Shown here: in pieces, positions 1 to 18,514 of the stretch
Position numbering within the stretch: position 1 is the stretch's first letter
Layout: each line of letters starts with the position of its first letter
Source: Salpingoeca rosetta
Lineage: Eukaryota > Protista > Choanoflagellata
Assembly (NCBI GenBank): GCA_033442325.1
Contig: JAWQFM010000010.1
Span: 559,837-623,836, forward strand
Reading direction: 5' to 3'
DNA: 64,000 bases
Position numbers and translations under genes: made by a program
The notes under the pieces: generated by a model
What the model saw: the letters and a program-made list of their open reading frames with translations, nothing else
Told to the model about the DNA's origin: nothing
Database searches by the model: none

Positions 1-685
1 TCCTCCTTGAACTCAAAGATGACGCGTGAGATGCAGGAGACGGTTGCGCTGATCATGTGCGGCGTGGTGCCGGCCAGACCGGCCACGATCATCTGGAACA
101 GATCATCCATCGTCAGCTCGCATCCCTCCATGCCCTGCAAAGGTGATGAGTGAATAGGAGCGATGTGAGAGCGGGTGGGAGTTGGGGTAGCATAATGTGG
201 GTGAATTGGTGGTCATTGCACGAAGAACAACTTCATACAGGAAGCAGAGCGCGAGCAAGCGACAGAGGCAGAGGTTCCAACATCCAGTCCACATGCAGTG
301 CACATGCAGTGCCGCGTGTGCTGACCTGGTGCGCGAGGGCGAGTTCGCACATGAGGATGAGCACCTCGTACGCGACGTCGCGCGTCGCCTCGTTGACCTC
401 CTTCGACGCCAACATCACCTCCACGAGCGACTCATCAACCGTCGCCTTCAGCCGGCTCGGCTGCACATGCGATGGTGACGACGATAGTGATGGCCGTTGG
501 TGTGTGAGCAGTGAAAAGGAAAGAAGAACAAGGGGAAGAAACATGAGCGAGAACACACACCCACACACACACACCCACACCCACACCCACACCCACACCC
601 ACACCCACACCCACACCCACACCCACACCCACACCCACACCCACACCCACACCCACACCCACACCCACACCCACACCCACACCCA

Positions 686-733
<48 letters not shown>

Positions 734-3700
734 GGTGTCTCTGAGAGAATGGAGTGGATGCACTTGAGGCGCAGGCCTTTGGAGCCGGGGCGGGCAGATA
801 GCGCGGCGTTCTTGAGCACACCCTGCATAGTGGTGATGGTGGTGGTGATGGTGGTGGTGATGGTGGCGGTCACGGAGTGAGGGGTGGGGGGCGGGGGCAA
901 ACTTGCCGTGCACGCAGTCAAACAAAGGAACACAGAAGAACAACCAACACCACCACGACCAGTGCCCAGCGAACAACGAAACAGAACAATACAGCGCAAA
1001 GGAACACACGCAGCCAGACGCATCAGCGGCAACAACGTACCTGGAGGTGCTCGAGGTTGTCGAGGAAGAACCGGCGGAGCGGCTGCCTGGATGCCGAGCA
1101 CACGGACAGCAGCAGGCGGTAGCCACGCTTCTGCACCTTCTCCGAGACAGTGTCACGCAGGGAGTACACGAGCACCTTCTTGAGGTGTTCAAGCTGCTCC
1201 GGCTGCTCAAGGTCCGGCACAAGCGCGTTGATGATGTCAAGCAGGCGCAGGCATTGCTGTTGGAGATGGGATGGTGATGCGGGGTTGGTGTGGTGTGATG
1301 TGAGGAGGACGTGCGGGAAGAGGATGAGAGTGGTATGCAGTGAATAGCGATGTTCCCAGCAGCAACATACGCATGTCAATCAGCACACACACACACATGG
1401 ACACACACACACACACATGGACACACACACACACACACAGAGCTTGGCAGGTGGTGCGGACCTCCGATGTCTCGTCGGCCTCGAGGAGCTGCTTGAGTGC
1501 GGACGCGAAATACGGCGACTTTTGCGCCGGCGACATGAGGCCGAAGAACGCCTGCAGCACGTGGCACCACCAACGCGGAGTGGGGGAAGGGGGAAGGAGA
1601 GGAGTGTGTTGTGGAGGGCGCGTGTGAGTGTGTGTGAGTGTGTGTGAGAGAAAGCGGTTGACACTGTGGTGCGGTACAGTCACGAGAAAGTGTGTCAATT
1701 CACGTGAACGTATTCGCATGCGAACCAATAAGTGCAAAAGCGTGCAACTGACGGTGATTGTGTTGTTGAGTGCGGCACGCTTGTCTGTGCTTTGCTCGGC
1801 GAGATACAACCGCAGCAGGATCTGCATGAAGTTGCGGGAGTATTGCGCAATGGCCTTGGCATCCTCCTCCACCTCGCCTGCAGGGGAGCACGATTATTGA
1901 GAGAGAGAGAGAAGGGGGGGGGGTGAGACGTGTGGTGTGACGTTTACAAGTTCGCTCGGACTGTCATGACAGGGGGACGGGCGGAATGTACATACACACA
2001 TGTGCATGCACACACACACACAAAAACAAACAAACAAGCAAACAAGCAAATACACATACATACATACATACATACATACATACATACATACATACATACA
2101 TACATACACACAGACAAACACAAATATGCATGCATGTGTGCATGCACACACATGCACGCACATACACAAGCGCGCATTCGCACGTGTGCGGACCTCGGGT
2201 GGTGATGAGGTTGACGAGTGCCTTGCAGATGACGCCGCGAAGATCGTTGTGGTCGCGCAGGGCGAGGCCAAGCGTCTACAGCGGTGCCAAGCAAATTACA
2301 TGCAGGCAAGTTGAGTATCATACAAAATGCACATATGCATGCAGGCAAGCAGATCATGGCGAGGGCCTGGCGACAAGAGTAACGTGGAAGCCACCACAGG
2401 TTGATTGCACGCGAACAATTGATGTATGAAGACGGTGTGCACCTTTGCAAAGGTGGGGAAGGTCTGTGCTGTGTCGCTCGGGTTGGTGAAGAAGGACGGA
2501 AGCAACAGCCACAGCTGTTGGGCAACATATGAACACAGTGGAGGCGACACAGGGAGATGTGGTGTGAGCATACGAGACGCGCGAGGCCAATATGTTCAAG
2601 GCAACCTTCAACAACGTCCAGCGGCATTTGCAACCAACACACACACACTCACGCACACGCACACACTCACGCACACGCACACACACGCACACACGCACAC
2701 CCTACACAACACCATCACCACCACCACCACCACCACCACCGCTATCAGAGGACGTGCAGTGAGACCTGGAAGTAGAGCTGGTCGTATGTCTTTGCAGCAA
2801 GCGCCTGCCCAGCCTCCTTCGCCGCCTGCTTCCGCTTGTACATGCGCATGGCAAGCGGGAACAGCTCCCGGCTGAAAAACGCAATCTGATCGAGCATGCA
2901 CATGCGTGTTGGTGTGTTGCGTGTGTATGCACGAGTGTTGATTGTGGGTGTACGTGTGTGAGTGAGCAGGGACGTGTGTGAGTGTGTGCATACACACGTT
3001 TGCATACGCGCATGCGTGCACGTGTTTATCGGCGCACAAACACATGGAAATATATCAACGCATGGCAGCAGCAGCAGTGCATGTGACTCACGGTGTTGTT
3101 TGCGACGTTGTCCTTGAGCAGTGGCAGCAGCCACGCGCGAGGGAACTCGCTTTGCTCCTCCTGTAACACAAAGGCGTTGGGTGTTTGTGTGTGTATGTGC
3201 GTGTGTGTGTGTGTGTGTGTGAGGGAGTGAGGCAGGAACAGTGATTAGAGTGAGACGATGAAACAGGAGAGAAGATACACGCAACCAACCACCAACCCAC
3301 ACAAGCATATACGAAACAACGTGACATGTCACCTCTTCTTCGAGCTTGAGAGGAAGGATCTTCAGGAATTCCTCTGCACCGATGGAGCGAATGCAGTGCT
3401 TGATGGTGTCCTCAACATTGCCCTTGCACGACACACCAGGCGTCTCGTGCAGCTGCGCACACGATGAGATGGGGGGGGGGGTCGAGGGTTGGTGTGAGCG
3501 ATGTGATTTGGGGGAGGGGGGGCTTTCACACACGTTTTCACGTATTGCACATACAACGTCAACGTCAACGGGCCACCACCACCACCACCACCAGCACAGC
3601 AAGTGCAACTGCACGAACAACACTACAACTGCCACGATAATCCAACGGACCTGGACGAGGGAGTTGACGAGGCTGCCGAGGTTGGCAATGCGGCAGGCGG

Positions 3701-4847
3701 CGAGGGCGTCCACGAGATCAGAGATGCAGCGCAGCACCTCCTCAAATGCAATCTGGAACCGGTACGACAGGCCTGCACACGCAAGCATCATAGTGGCGGT
3801 GGCGGTGGTGATGATGGTGGTGAGGGAAGGGCGGATTCATGACGAAGGTGTGGTTGGAAGCTCTCATATCAGGCGCACGGTGCCAGTACGTGTGCACGCG
3901 TGTGTGAGCGTTAGTCAGAGCAAGCAAGCAAAACATCAAGTGAGCAATCAAGTGAGTACACGGGCGGAGCATCCAACGTACTCTCGTCCATCTTCTGAAT
4001 GAGGGACTGAATGCAGCCCTGCACGGCGTCTGCGTCTGCCTCGGTGGCCTTGTCCAGCATGGCCTTCACGCCAACACGGAACAGCGTCTGGTGGACACAA
4101 CAAGCAGCAGCAACACAGGAGCATATGAGCATGGTGGGATGTTGGTGCGACGACGTTGGTGCGATGAAGGCGAATGAGTGTGACGTGCAGTCAAAGGTTT
4201 GCGGTGAAAACGCTGTGGGCGCGTGCATGCTGGTATGATTGGGCATACAACGAAGCACAAGTATGCTTCACCGTGTCATCCCACCACTGTCACTGTGTCT
4301 TCACCACCACCGTCATCACACTACACCGCCACCGCCACAGTCACGCACCCTGAAGTTAGCGGCTGCGCTTGAGATGAGCGCCTTTGATCGGTCCTGCAGA
4401 CATTCGCGCAGAGAAGATGTGGTGGCCGAGATGGCCGCCGCGCCCTCGTGTGCACTCATCCTGTAGGAAACGTGTTGAATGGTGTGTGTGTGTGTGTGGA
4501 GTGTTGAGTTCGTGACTTACACACACAAAGGGACCACTATCACGTGCAGCCACACAGACACACACATACAGACAGACAGACACACACACACATACAGACA
4601 GACAGACACAGACACAGACACAGACAGACAGACACACACACAATGCAAGCGTGTGCAAGCGGGTTGCGCGTACTGTGCGATGCAGACGGCGGCGCGGGTG
4701 ACGGTTGTGTTCCATGTGCAGCGTGGCGCAACATCCTTCACAGCAGGGCAGTTGGGCACAAAGCTCTTGTACACATCCACTGCAGTCGACACAGGCAGCT
4801 CCTGGCTCAGCGGCGACGCAAAGAACGCTGGATGGCGATGATGATGG

Positions 4848-4909
<62 letters not shown>

Positions 4910-5473
4910 GTGGTGGTGATGATGAGGGGCGTACGATCACAGCTCGTTTCACGTCATGGCGAATGGAATGAAAGAATACAAAGGCAACCCAAAGCCCCAG
5001 ACAAACGTGTACACATGTACACACCTGTGAAAGCGTTGAGGCAGGTGGTCGTGGCAACTGCGTTTCCGAGCAGCAGCGTGTTGGCCATTGCCCGCGCCAG
5101 CTCTGCACACACACACACACACACACACATACATAAATGGAGGGCGGAGGTGTCACACAACGACAAAGCAATGATGTGATGAGTATGCGTATGGCCGTGC
5201 ATGTCAAAGGTTGGGCATCCTGATGTGGTCGTGATCAACTGCAAAGTGTGCTTCTATGTGTGTGTGTATATATATGTGTGTGTGCGTGTGCGTGCGTGTA
5301 CATGTGTGTGCGTGTATGTGTCGCACCTGAGACCATGTTAGGCGGGAAGAAGAAGAGTGTGGACTTGAGGATGCCGAGCACATACAACACGTTCTTGTCA
5401 GCCGTTTTCCTGCCCGTACTCAGCTGGTCGAGGAAGAACGACGCAGCAAGCCTGGGGATGTGGTGGTGGTGGT

Positions 5474-5519
<46 letters not shown>

Positions 5520-5818
5520 TGAGAGGATGCTGTGCTTGCGTGTTGTGAAGGCATGCGAAAGTCCAAGCAGAGGACATGGCCACCAAACGGCACAGCGGCA
5601 GAAGGACAAACACGAGTGCATACTTCATAAACGTTGTCTTCTTGTGGGCGTGGAGCTCGAGGATGTCTGTGACGGCAATCTGGGCGGCGTGGCGGACCTG
5701 GTGTGCACAGTCGTGGCATGACAAGTATCAACGATGATGGCGATGATGATCATGAGGAGGAGGAAGCGAAGCACGCACACACACACACACACACACACAA
5801 GCACAACCGCATGCAAAC

Positions 5819-5858
<40 letters not shown>

Positions 5859-6364
5859 CCGCATGCACAACCTTTGGGCGGGCGTCGGTGGTGAACTGCA
5901 GGAGCTGCTGTGCGAGCTCGCGTGTGCGTGCGTCCTTCCACGTCGTACTCGGCGCAGCGCGCAACTGGAACTTGATGCACACAATCCCCTGCAGTGGTGC
6001 AACGAGGCAAGGCAAGGACATCGTGAGGTGTACATCGTCGAGATTGATATGGCTCGATGGCTGAAGCACAGGTGCACGAACACGAGCGAATGCAATTGCA
6101 CAACACACACACACACACTCACACACACTCACACACACACACAACACAACACACACACAACACAACACACACACACACACACACAAGCTATCATTCAGCA
6201 CACAACACGTCCTCTGCCGCCGCACCTTGACGACTGGGCGGTTGCCGAGGTCTGGGTTGTGGCCAAAGTTGGCAATGACTTTGGCCAGCAGCTCCACAGC
6301 GGTGTCGTGGCGCTTCCCCAAGATGGCACGCGGGACACTGCACACCACGGGCATACAACGTGCA

Positions 6365-6396
<32 letters not shown>

Positions 6397-7535
6397 CAAA
6401 GAGACACGCATACAGCGTGAGGAGAGGCCCCGTGAAGTGGGCATACAGCGAGCAAGGATTGAGATTTGCGTGAAGTATGTATGGTGGGTGGTGGTGCACT
6501 GTTATGCATTCGATTCCAATCAACGTGTCGTTGAAACTAGACGTACGCCTTGCAGACGAGGCTGAGGAGGTAGAGCACGGCGCCGACCGAATCGCTCTCC
6601 GACGGGCGATCCACCAGCGAGCCGAGCGTGGACATGAGCGCTGCCCAGTATGTGGCGGGCGTCTCGCCCAGCTCCTTGGCCTGGATGTTCTCTGTGATGG
6701 CTGCAAAGACGGCGCACGTCTCCTGCCACAGCACCACCATCATGAACAAGAGCAAAGGGCGTATGAGAAACTGAAACAGCAATCACACTTTCTTGAACTG
6801 GAGCAAACGGAGGAACAACTGCACAAACGACGACCAAGTGGTGCATGCGCGGGCAGAGAGGAGATGGCAGATCAGCAGCGCCTCGTGTACGCACCAGATC
6901 GGCTGGCTTCTGGGAGTTCCACACTTTCTTGACAGGGGCGAAGATGGTCTCCACAATCTCGTTCTCGGGAAGCTCTCCAAGCGCAGTGGCTGTGTCGGGC
7001 ACAATCGCGCACGCAGCAACGAAACAAAGGGGAAGAGGGGGAGGGGGAGGGCGATCGAGAAGGTGGGTCAGAACTCCGATGCATGCAATGAATGCCGGCA
7101 GGCACCTTTCGTTGCCATCGAGCAAACAAGGCATCATCCATCGAGCAAACAAGGCATCAGCCATCAGTCAGGGTCAGTAGCAACACCAACAACAACCACA
7201 CACATACACACACATACACGCACACGCACATGCACGCATACACACATGCACACACACGCGCGCGCGCGCAAACACACACGCACACAGGCACACACAGAAG
7301 ACGCACTTGCGATGGACTTCATGTCTGCTTCGACATCTGTTGTGTTGTCGCCTTGCTGCATGTTATGCACGTCCAAAGCGGCTTTTGTCAAGGCACCGGC
7401 GCCGGACTTGGCACCCTTGCGCTTGGGGCGCTGCCTGCCAGAGGCAACAGCCGCAGATTGGCGGTGTTTGGTGTTCTTGGGGTTCACAAGGCTGGACGGC
7501 CCTGTCCACCGCCGACGCTTGTTCATGACAGGCAT
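1..7535 (-). CDS. RRP12: RRP12-like ribosome biogenesis HEAT-repeat protein (NUC173 family); multi-exon, 3' end lies beyond the left edge
   Basis: ATG at 7535: MPVMNKRRRWTGPSSLVNPKNTKHRQ...ALTKAALDVHN resembles the RRP12 N-terminus. Internal exons include TCAVFAAITENIQ..ETPATYWAALMSTL, FTTDARPKVRHAAQ, IGAEEFLKILPL, QLWLLLPSFFTNPSD, KVQKRGYRLL and SKEVNEATRDVAYEVL. The left edge reads MIVAGLAGTTPHMISATVSCISRVIFEF. GT-AG phases were consistent where checked. Confidence 0.93.
571..731. repeat. (CCCACA)x~20 followed by (CA)n, intronic in RRP12
   Basis: Directly visible. Confidence 0.95.
4837..4925. repeat. (GAT)n trinucleotide, intronic
   Basis: Directly visible. Confidence 0.95.
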
Positions 7536-7969
7536 GGCGACGCTCGCTGGCTGGTTCAACGAAGACTTGCTCCGCTGGCTGTGGCTGTGGCTGTAGGTTG
7601 TCGTGCGAGCAGCTTGGTCTTTTGGGTGGTGGTCCTTTGCACGTGTGTGGTTGTGTTGCGGGAAATAAAACAGGCTTGGAAATAACATGGGTTTGATTCG
7701 ATGCACAATTACTGTTGCAGAATAAAAAAAATAAAATAAATTCTCCCTCCTCCCCCTTTTTGCGCGTCCTTCGACAACACCAACAACAACACCAAGCCAG
7801 CTGCGCATTCAGGACACACACCACCACAAAGCCACAAAAGCCACGAAGCCAAAGGAACGCTTGCTCCCTGAGCTGAGTGAGAAGAGTGCTGTTGTGCTTG
7901 CTTGTCATTGTCTTCACCGGTGTGTGTTTGCTGTTGCTCTTCGTGGGGGAAACCACTGCGACCGGCGCC
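7536..7969. promoter_or_regulatory. Putative bidirectional promoter for RRP12/SH2D4 with an E-box (7640-7645) and an E2F-like site (7658-7665)
   Basis: 434 bp between divergent ATGs; contains CACGTG, GCGGGAAA and an A-rich tract at 7720-7740. Confidence 0.45.
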
Positions 7970-12577
<4,608 letters not shown>

Positions 12578-12913
12578 ACATATGCACACACCCCTCCTTC
12601 AAATCAAGGCACCGTACCCCGTGATCCTTCTCTCTTCCTTCGCGTCTTGTCTCTACCGCTGGTCCCACCCTGTCCTCGCACTTCGTGTTGAGTCTACAAT
12701 TCACACAAACACACGCACATGCAAATGGTGGCGTGTGTGTTGTGTTCACCAGCCATTCGTTTGACCTTCCATCTTGTTGTCCGTCGCTATTCAGCTCTTA
12801 CGCCCGTTCGTGGGGTCGCGGTCTCACTTGTTCACGTTTCACTTACAACAAAACCAGCCCCAACCAACCAAGCAGCTGGAGAAAACTAACACAACAGCAG
12901 CCAGCCCGTTTGG

Positions 12914-12985
<72 letters not shown>

Positions 12986-12994
12986 CTAAGAGTG

Positions 12995-15677
12995 TCAGGA
13001 CAACAGGTCCAGCAGATCATTATTTTTGTTCGCCGACGACGTTGATGTTGATGTGGATGACTGTGCCGTGTTGCGTTGCGGCTGCATCAAGGATGCAAAC
13101 ACATCTTGTTGCTGCTGTTGCTGTTGTGGTTGCGATTGTGGTTGTGCAAACAGCCCCATGATGTTGGCCGTGTCTGCGCCACCACTGCTGCTTGCTTGCT
13201 GCGTCCGTGTTGTCGCTCCTGTGTCAAACACGGACGTCATTGGCATCATCGCACTCGCTGAAGACATGGCAGGTGCTGATGTTGTCGGCGTTGTCGCCGT
13301 TGCTGCTGTTGCTGGTGTTGATGATGATGGTGCATCAAAGATGCTGGTTGCCCACGTGCTGCTCTGAGGCCGGCGTTGCTGCGCCTGCGTCGCTGTTGTC
13401 TTGGCCAGGCGCGCAGATGGTGCAGATGATGATGACGATGACGATGGTTGCGCTGACAGCAACGAAGACGAGAACGCTGCCGATGCAGCCGTGGTGGTTG
13501 CTTGTGTCGCGGTAGCAGGACCACCCGCCCTCACGACGCCAGCCGGTGCCGGTGCCGCTGTTGTTGTTGTCGTTGTTGCTGTTGAGCTTGACGGCGTTGA
13601 TGCCCATAACGACGACGACGACCAATCAATCCCCGAACCGGCTTGCGGTGGCGCGGGTGTGTTGGCTGTGGCGGACGTCGGTAGCACTGACGATGACACA
13701 GCCTCTTTTGTCGCATCAGATGAGCTTGCAGTCGTGGTCGTGCCTGGACATGACAGCAGCAAGTGTTGAAGAGGACGGTCGCGTCAGCATGCAGTGAGTA
13801 TGAGTGTGTGCGCATGTGGATGTGCGTGTTGACGCGTTTGTGTGAGCGTGTGTGTGAGCGTGTGTGAGTGTGTGCATGAGTGTGTGCACGACCACATGTG
13901 CATGTCACGTTCACCTAAAAGCGAGATACCGGCCGACGTGACCGCAAATCCGTCAAAGATGGAGCCGGCTGAGGCGCCAGTCGCTGTTGGTGCTGTCGTT
14001 GCTGCTGTTGGTGCTGTCGTTGCTGCTGTTGGTGCTGTGGTGTGCGGTGGTGGTGACGGCGTGGTTGCTGTTGGCGTTGGCATCTTGGCGAGTCGTGCTA
14101 GAACGTCGCGTTCCCCTGCAGTGTCAAAGGTCGGAAAAGCGGACAGGGACGAGGTGGAGGAGGAGGATGCTCCATCCTTCTGTTGTGTGTGATGCGGACA
14201 GCGATTACGATGAACAGGGCGAATAGCGGCGCAGACAAACAAAACAAACAAGACAAAATAAAACAAGACAAAACAAACAAGATAAAACAAACAAGACAAA
14301 ACAAACAAGACAAAACAAACAAACACGCGCTGCATCTCACGTGTGTCATGGCAGCGACGGTGGAGTCTGCCTGGCGTGCAAGCACTTCGCGTTCCTTGAG
14401 CGCTTTCGTCCGCTCGTTCTCAATCGACGTCGTGATGTCCCTTACCAGCCGCACAATCGTCGTGAACTGATAATGTGGATGCACGTCGATGCGTGAGCCA
14501 TTCGTAGGCGTTGCGGAAACACAAGGCAATGCACATACACACACATACACACACACACACGTGTCACATGCGCAAGCATGCACACACACGCACACACACA
14601 CACACACACACCTGCTTGAGGTTGAGGTTTGGCGCTGCCATAAACGGAGCAATGAGAACGAGCACGCGGGTGGAGAGACAGCACGCATCCAGGCCATATT
14701 TGTCTTTGTCGCGCAGCGCCTGTGAACAAACGTGCACGCGCGAACGATTATGGTGGATGGCGCCATCAAGCGAATGATGACCAATGTGTCAGTTCATGTG
14801 TGAGATAGTGTGTGTGCGTGTGAGGTGCGTGTATGCGAATGTGTGTGTGTGTGCATGTGTGTGTGTGTGTGCCGCACCTGGTGCAGGACGCCCAGCATGG
14901 CCATGACGACGCCGGCGTCTCGCTGCTTCACGTGCTCCAGCATCGGCAACATGCTCTCCTGCACACAATAGCCAGCACGTGTGCAGGCAAAACAAAGCAT
15001 TTAAGTGGGTGGCAGCAAGAGTGGTAGACAGAACGCATGTCATGCCAGTGATGCAAGTGCAACTGCACCAGCACATGTGCACGCATGCGCTAGCATTGCC
15101 ATCACACACATGTGCGCACGTGTGACCACGCTCTGACAGTACTCATGCATGCAAGCACGATTGTGCGAGCACATGTGTCCGCCGCACCTGGAAGATCCAC
15201 TTGTCCATAACGGGGAGGAGCTGGCCGAGACACACGAGCCCGTTGATGCGCAACTTCGCATCTGTCGTCGTCACAACAAGCCGCTGCCATGTACACCAAA
15301 GTGGGAAGGGTGAGTGAGTGAGTGAGTGAGTGAGTGAGTGAGTGAGTGAGTGAGTGAGTGAGTGAGTGAGTGAGTGAGTGAGTGAGTGAGTGAGTGAGTG
15401 AGTGAGTGAGTGAGTGAGTGTGTGAGTGATCGAGCACGCAGATACGTACACCCCTACACAACAGCACACAAGAACACATGCACACACCTGAACGAGAGGG
15501 AGGAGTTCATTCTTCATCGCCGCGTAGTCGATGGTGTTCATGACAGACGGAAGGACCTGCAAACACAACCCGACGACGCTGTAAACGAAGGGGGGAGGGG
15601 TGCCGGTGATTGCGACAAGTGTGGCGGTGATGATGGTGATGTGAGCACAGCGTTGCACGTGCACTGGTCGAAGAAAT

Positions 15678-15712
<35 letters not shown>

Positions 15713-15757
15713 CAACAACAACTTCAACAACAACAACCACAACAACAACAACAACCC

Positions 15758-15791
<34 letters not shown>

Positions 15792-15793
15792 CT

Positions 15794-15827
<34 letters not shown>

Positions 15828-16643
15828 CGAGCAAAGCAACAACGACAACAACAACAGGGCAACAGGCACAGTGCCCGTGTGTGTTGCCGACCTGCTGTCT
15901 TTGGAGGAAAGCGCTCGATAAATCATTGGCAGAATGTGCTGCTTCACCTGATTCAGCGAAAAGAAACAAGATGTGGGGATGATGATAATTTGACGATGAG
16001 CGAGATGTGGCGGTGACCAAGGAAAACACTTTGCGTGGGCGGGCGGTACGAAACACACGGTCGCACATGCGTGCACGCCAGCGCATGCGTGAATGAGTGG
16101 ACATACGATGTTGCTCGGGCTCTTTTCAAGCAGCAGCGAGAGTTTCCCCAAGAAGATGGCTTGCACCTGTGCACACACACACACACACGCATGTGCGAGG
16201 GCAGTCAATAACGGCTTGGCAGAGAAAGCCCATGATACTTGCAATGACGATCAGTAACAACGCATACCACGCACAAATAAGCGCGCATACACAGACACAG
16301 ATGCGCACACAGACACAGACACACACACGCACGAGTGCATGCACCTGCACGGGGTCTGTGACGCTGAAGAGGGGCATGAGGTGGGGCAGGATGTCCTTCT
16401 CAAACTCCACAATGCTGCAGCCGTCGGCAATGGTGAGGATGTTGGGCAGCACAAACGGCGCCATGAGCGACTGCTTGCACTCGCGCTGTAACGCAGGTAG
16501 CACCTGTATTTCGCGCGTGTACATGTGTGTGGCGCGCGCGCGCGCGTGTGTGTGTGTGCAACTGCGTTAAGAGTATGTGAGATTTGGCGCGAGCATCACA
16601 GCAGCTCTGTGCAGGTAATCAGAACAACTTCAAAAACAACAAT

Positions 16644-16681
<38 letters not shown>

Positions 16682-17029
16682 CTTAAACAACAACAACTTA
16701 AACAACAAGAACCACCACCGCACCCTCTGGTGCACGACGCGTCGCGGGAGAGAGTGCAGCACTTTCGGCAGCTCCTTCATAAACTGCGCCTTGGTTGGGT
16801 TATCCTTCTCATGCAGGGACGTGACAAAGCGGAGGGTGAGCATCGGCGTGGTGTTGAGCGACTGGTGCTGCGGTACGTCGCGCGCCGTCGGCCGTAAGGA
16901 TTCGTGTGTGTTGAGCATCGACTTGACCTGTCGCACGCATAAGGGTAGCATGGTTATGTGTTTGGAAGGAGGGGTGATTGTAAGAAAGCATGTCTGCACG
17001 TGACGTGAAGTCCACGACAGCAAACGACA

Positions 17030-17106
<77 letters not shown>

Positions 17107-18464
17107 ACACACACACACACAACACACACAACACACACACACACATGACACGCAGTACAGGCACGAAAGTCCAACATGCGCACCAAGTCCTGCAGAGCGG
17201 ATGGAACTTCCGACAGCTCTCCTGCGGACATGCGTGAAATGCGTTCGACGTTGCTTTGAAACGCTGCACACATGTCGCGCGGGAGACAACACACGGGACA
17301 AGAACGTGACGTGAGCATGCGCGTGTACATGTGGGCGTTTGCACGGTTATTGACAAACAACAGTACAGAGCAGTCAATTAACCACCACCACCACTGCCAC
17401 TGCCACCACCACCATCACCACCACCACTGCCATGCATGCCGTGACACCCCACCAAGGACGTTGCCGTTGCTCTCGAGAATTGGGCGGCCGTGGTTGAAGC
17501 AAGCGAAGATGACATGCCCAAGCGAATACACGTCGCTCGCAACACTCCGCGTCCGAGACACAATGTACTCTGAGGTGTGATGCAATAGGCGTGCCCGAGC
17601 GTGTGGTGTGTGCGGTTGCTTTGCGATGAAGGAGGGAAGCATCGCGAAGCTTTGTCACGTTGCACCAGACCCTCGCCACCCACACGAGACCGAGAGAGAA
17701 AGACAGAGACTTGCACAAAGACGCACACACAAACAGACGCACACGCAAACAGACGCACACGCAAACAGACACACACAGACACACACGCACACACACGCAC
17801 ACACACGCACACACACACACACGCACACAGACACACACCTGGGGCGAGGTAGTCGAGGGCGGGTTGTGTGGCGCGGCCGGCAGCGCTGCGGGGGGTGGTG
17901 TCGCTGTACTCCGGGAATTCAACACCAGCACCAGGCTCCTGGTACCTGCGTTGAAGCAGAAATGGGGTTGGGGGTGTCGGATTGGTAGATGATGAGGGCA
18001 CATGGGGTGGCCGGTATACATGCATGAGGTGAGGCACAAGACGAGCGAACATGCACAAGACTACGCGAAACCATGCACATACAACACACACACACACACA
18101 CATACACACGCGCACAGACGCATATGTGATCACACTATTACACAGCAACAGCAACGCACTTGACATGGCACGCAAAGTCAAATGCCCAAAGCTTCCACGA
18201 GCCATCTTGCGTCACGACAATGGCATCTGGCGTCACGTTCCCGTGGATGAGCTGAGCGTGGTCGTGGCAGAACGACAGCGCATCGCACACCTGTCGTTGG
18301 TTGGAGTGGAACACATGTCAATGGCGCGGGTGGGTATGAACCACGAAGACACCATGGATGGCGGGAGGTGTGTGAACCACAGGGTTCAGCTCAAGACGAC
18401 AACTGAACAGCATCTGCACTTGGAACACGCACACACACGCACGCGCACACACACACACACAAAA

Positions 18465-18514
<50 letters not shown>

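Noticed and set aside
571-690. Telomere-like C1-3A repeat suggesting a chromosome end
   Set aside because: It sits inside an intron, with RRP12 exons continuing on both sides.
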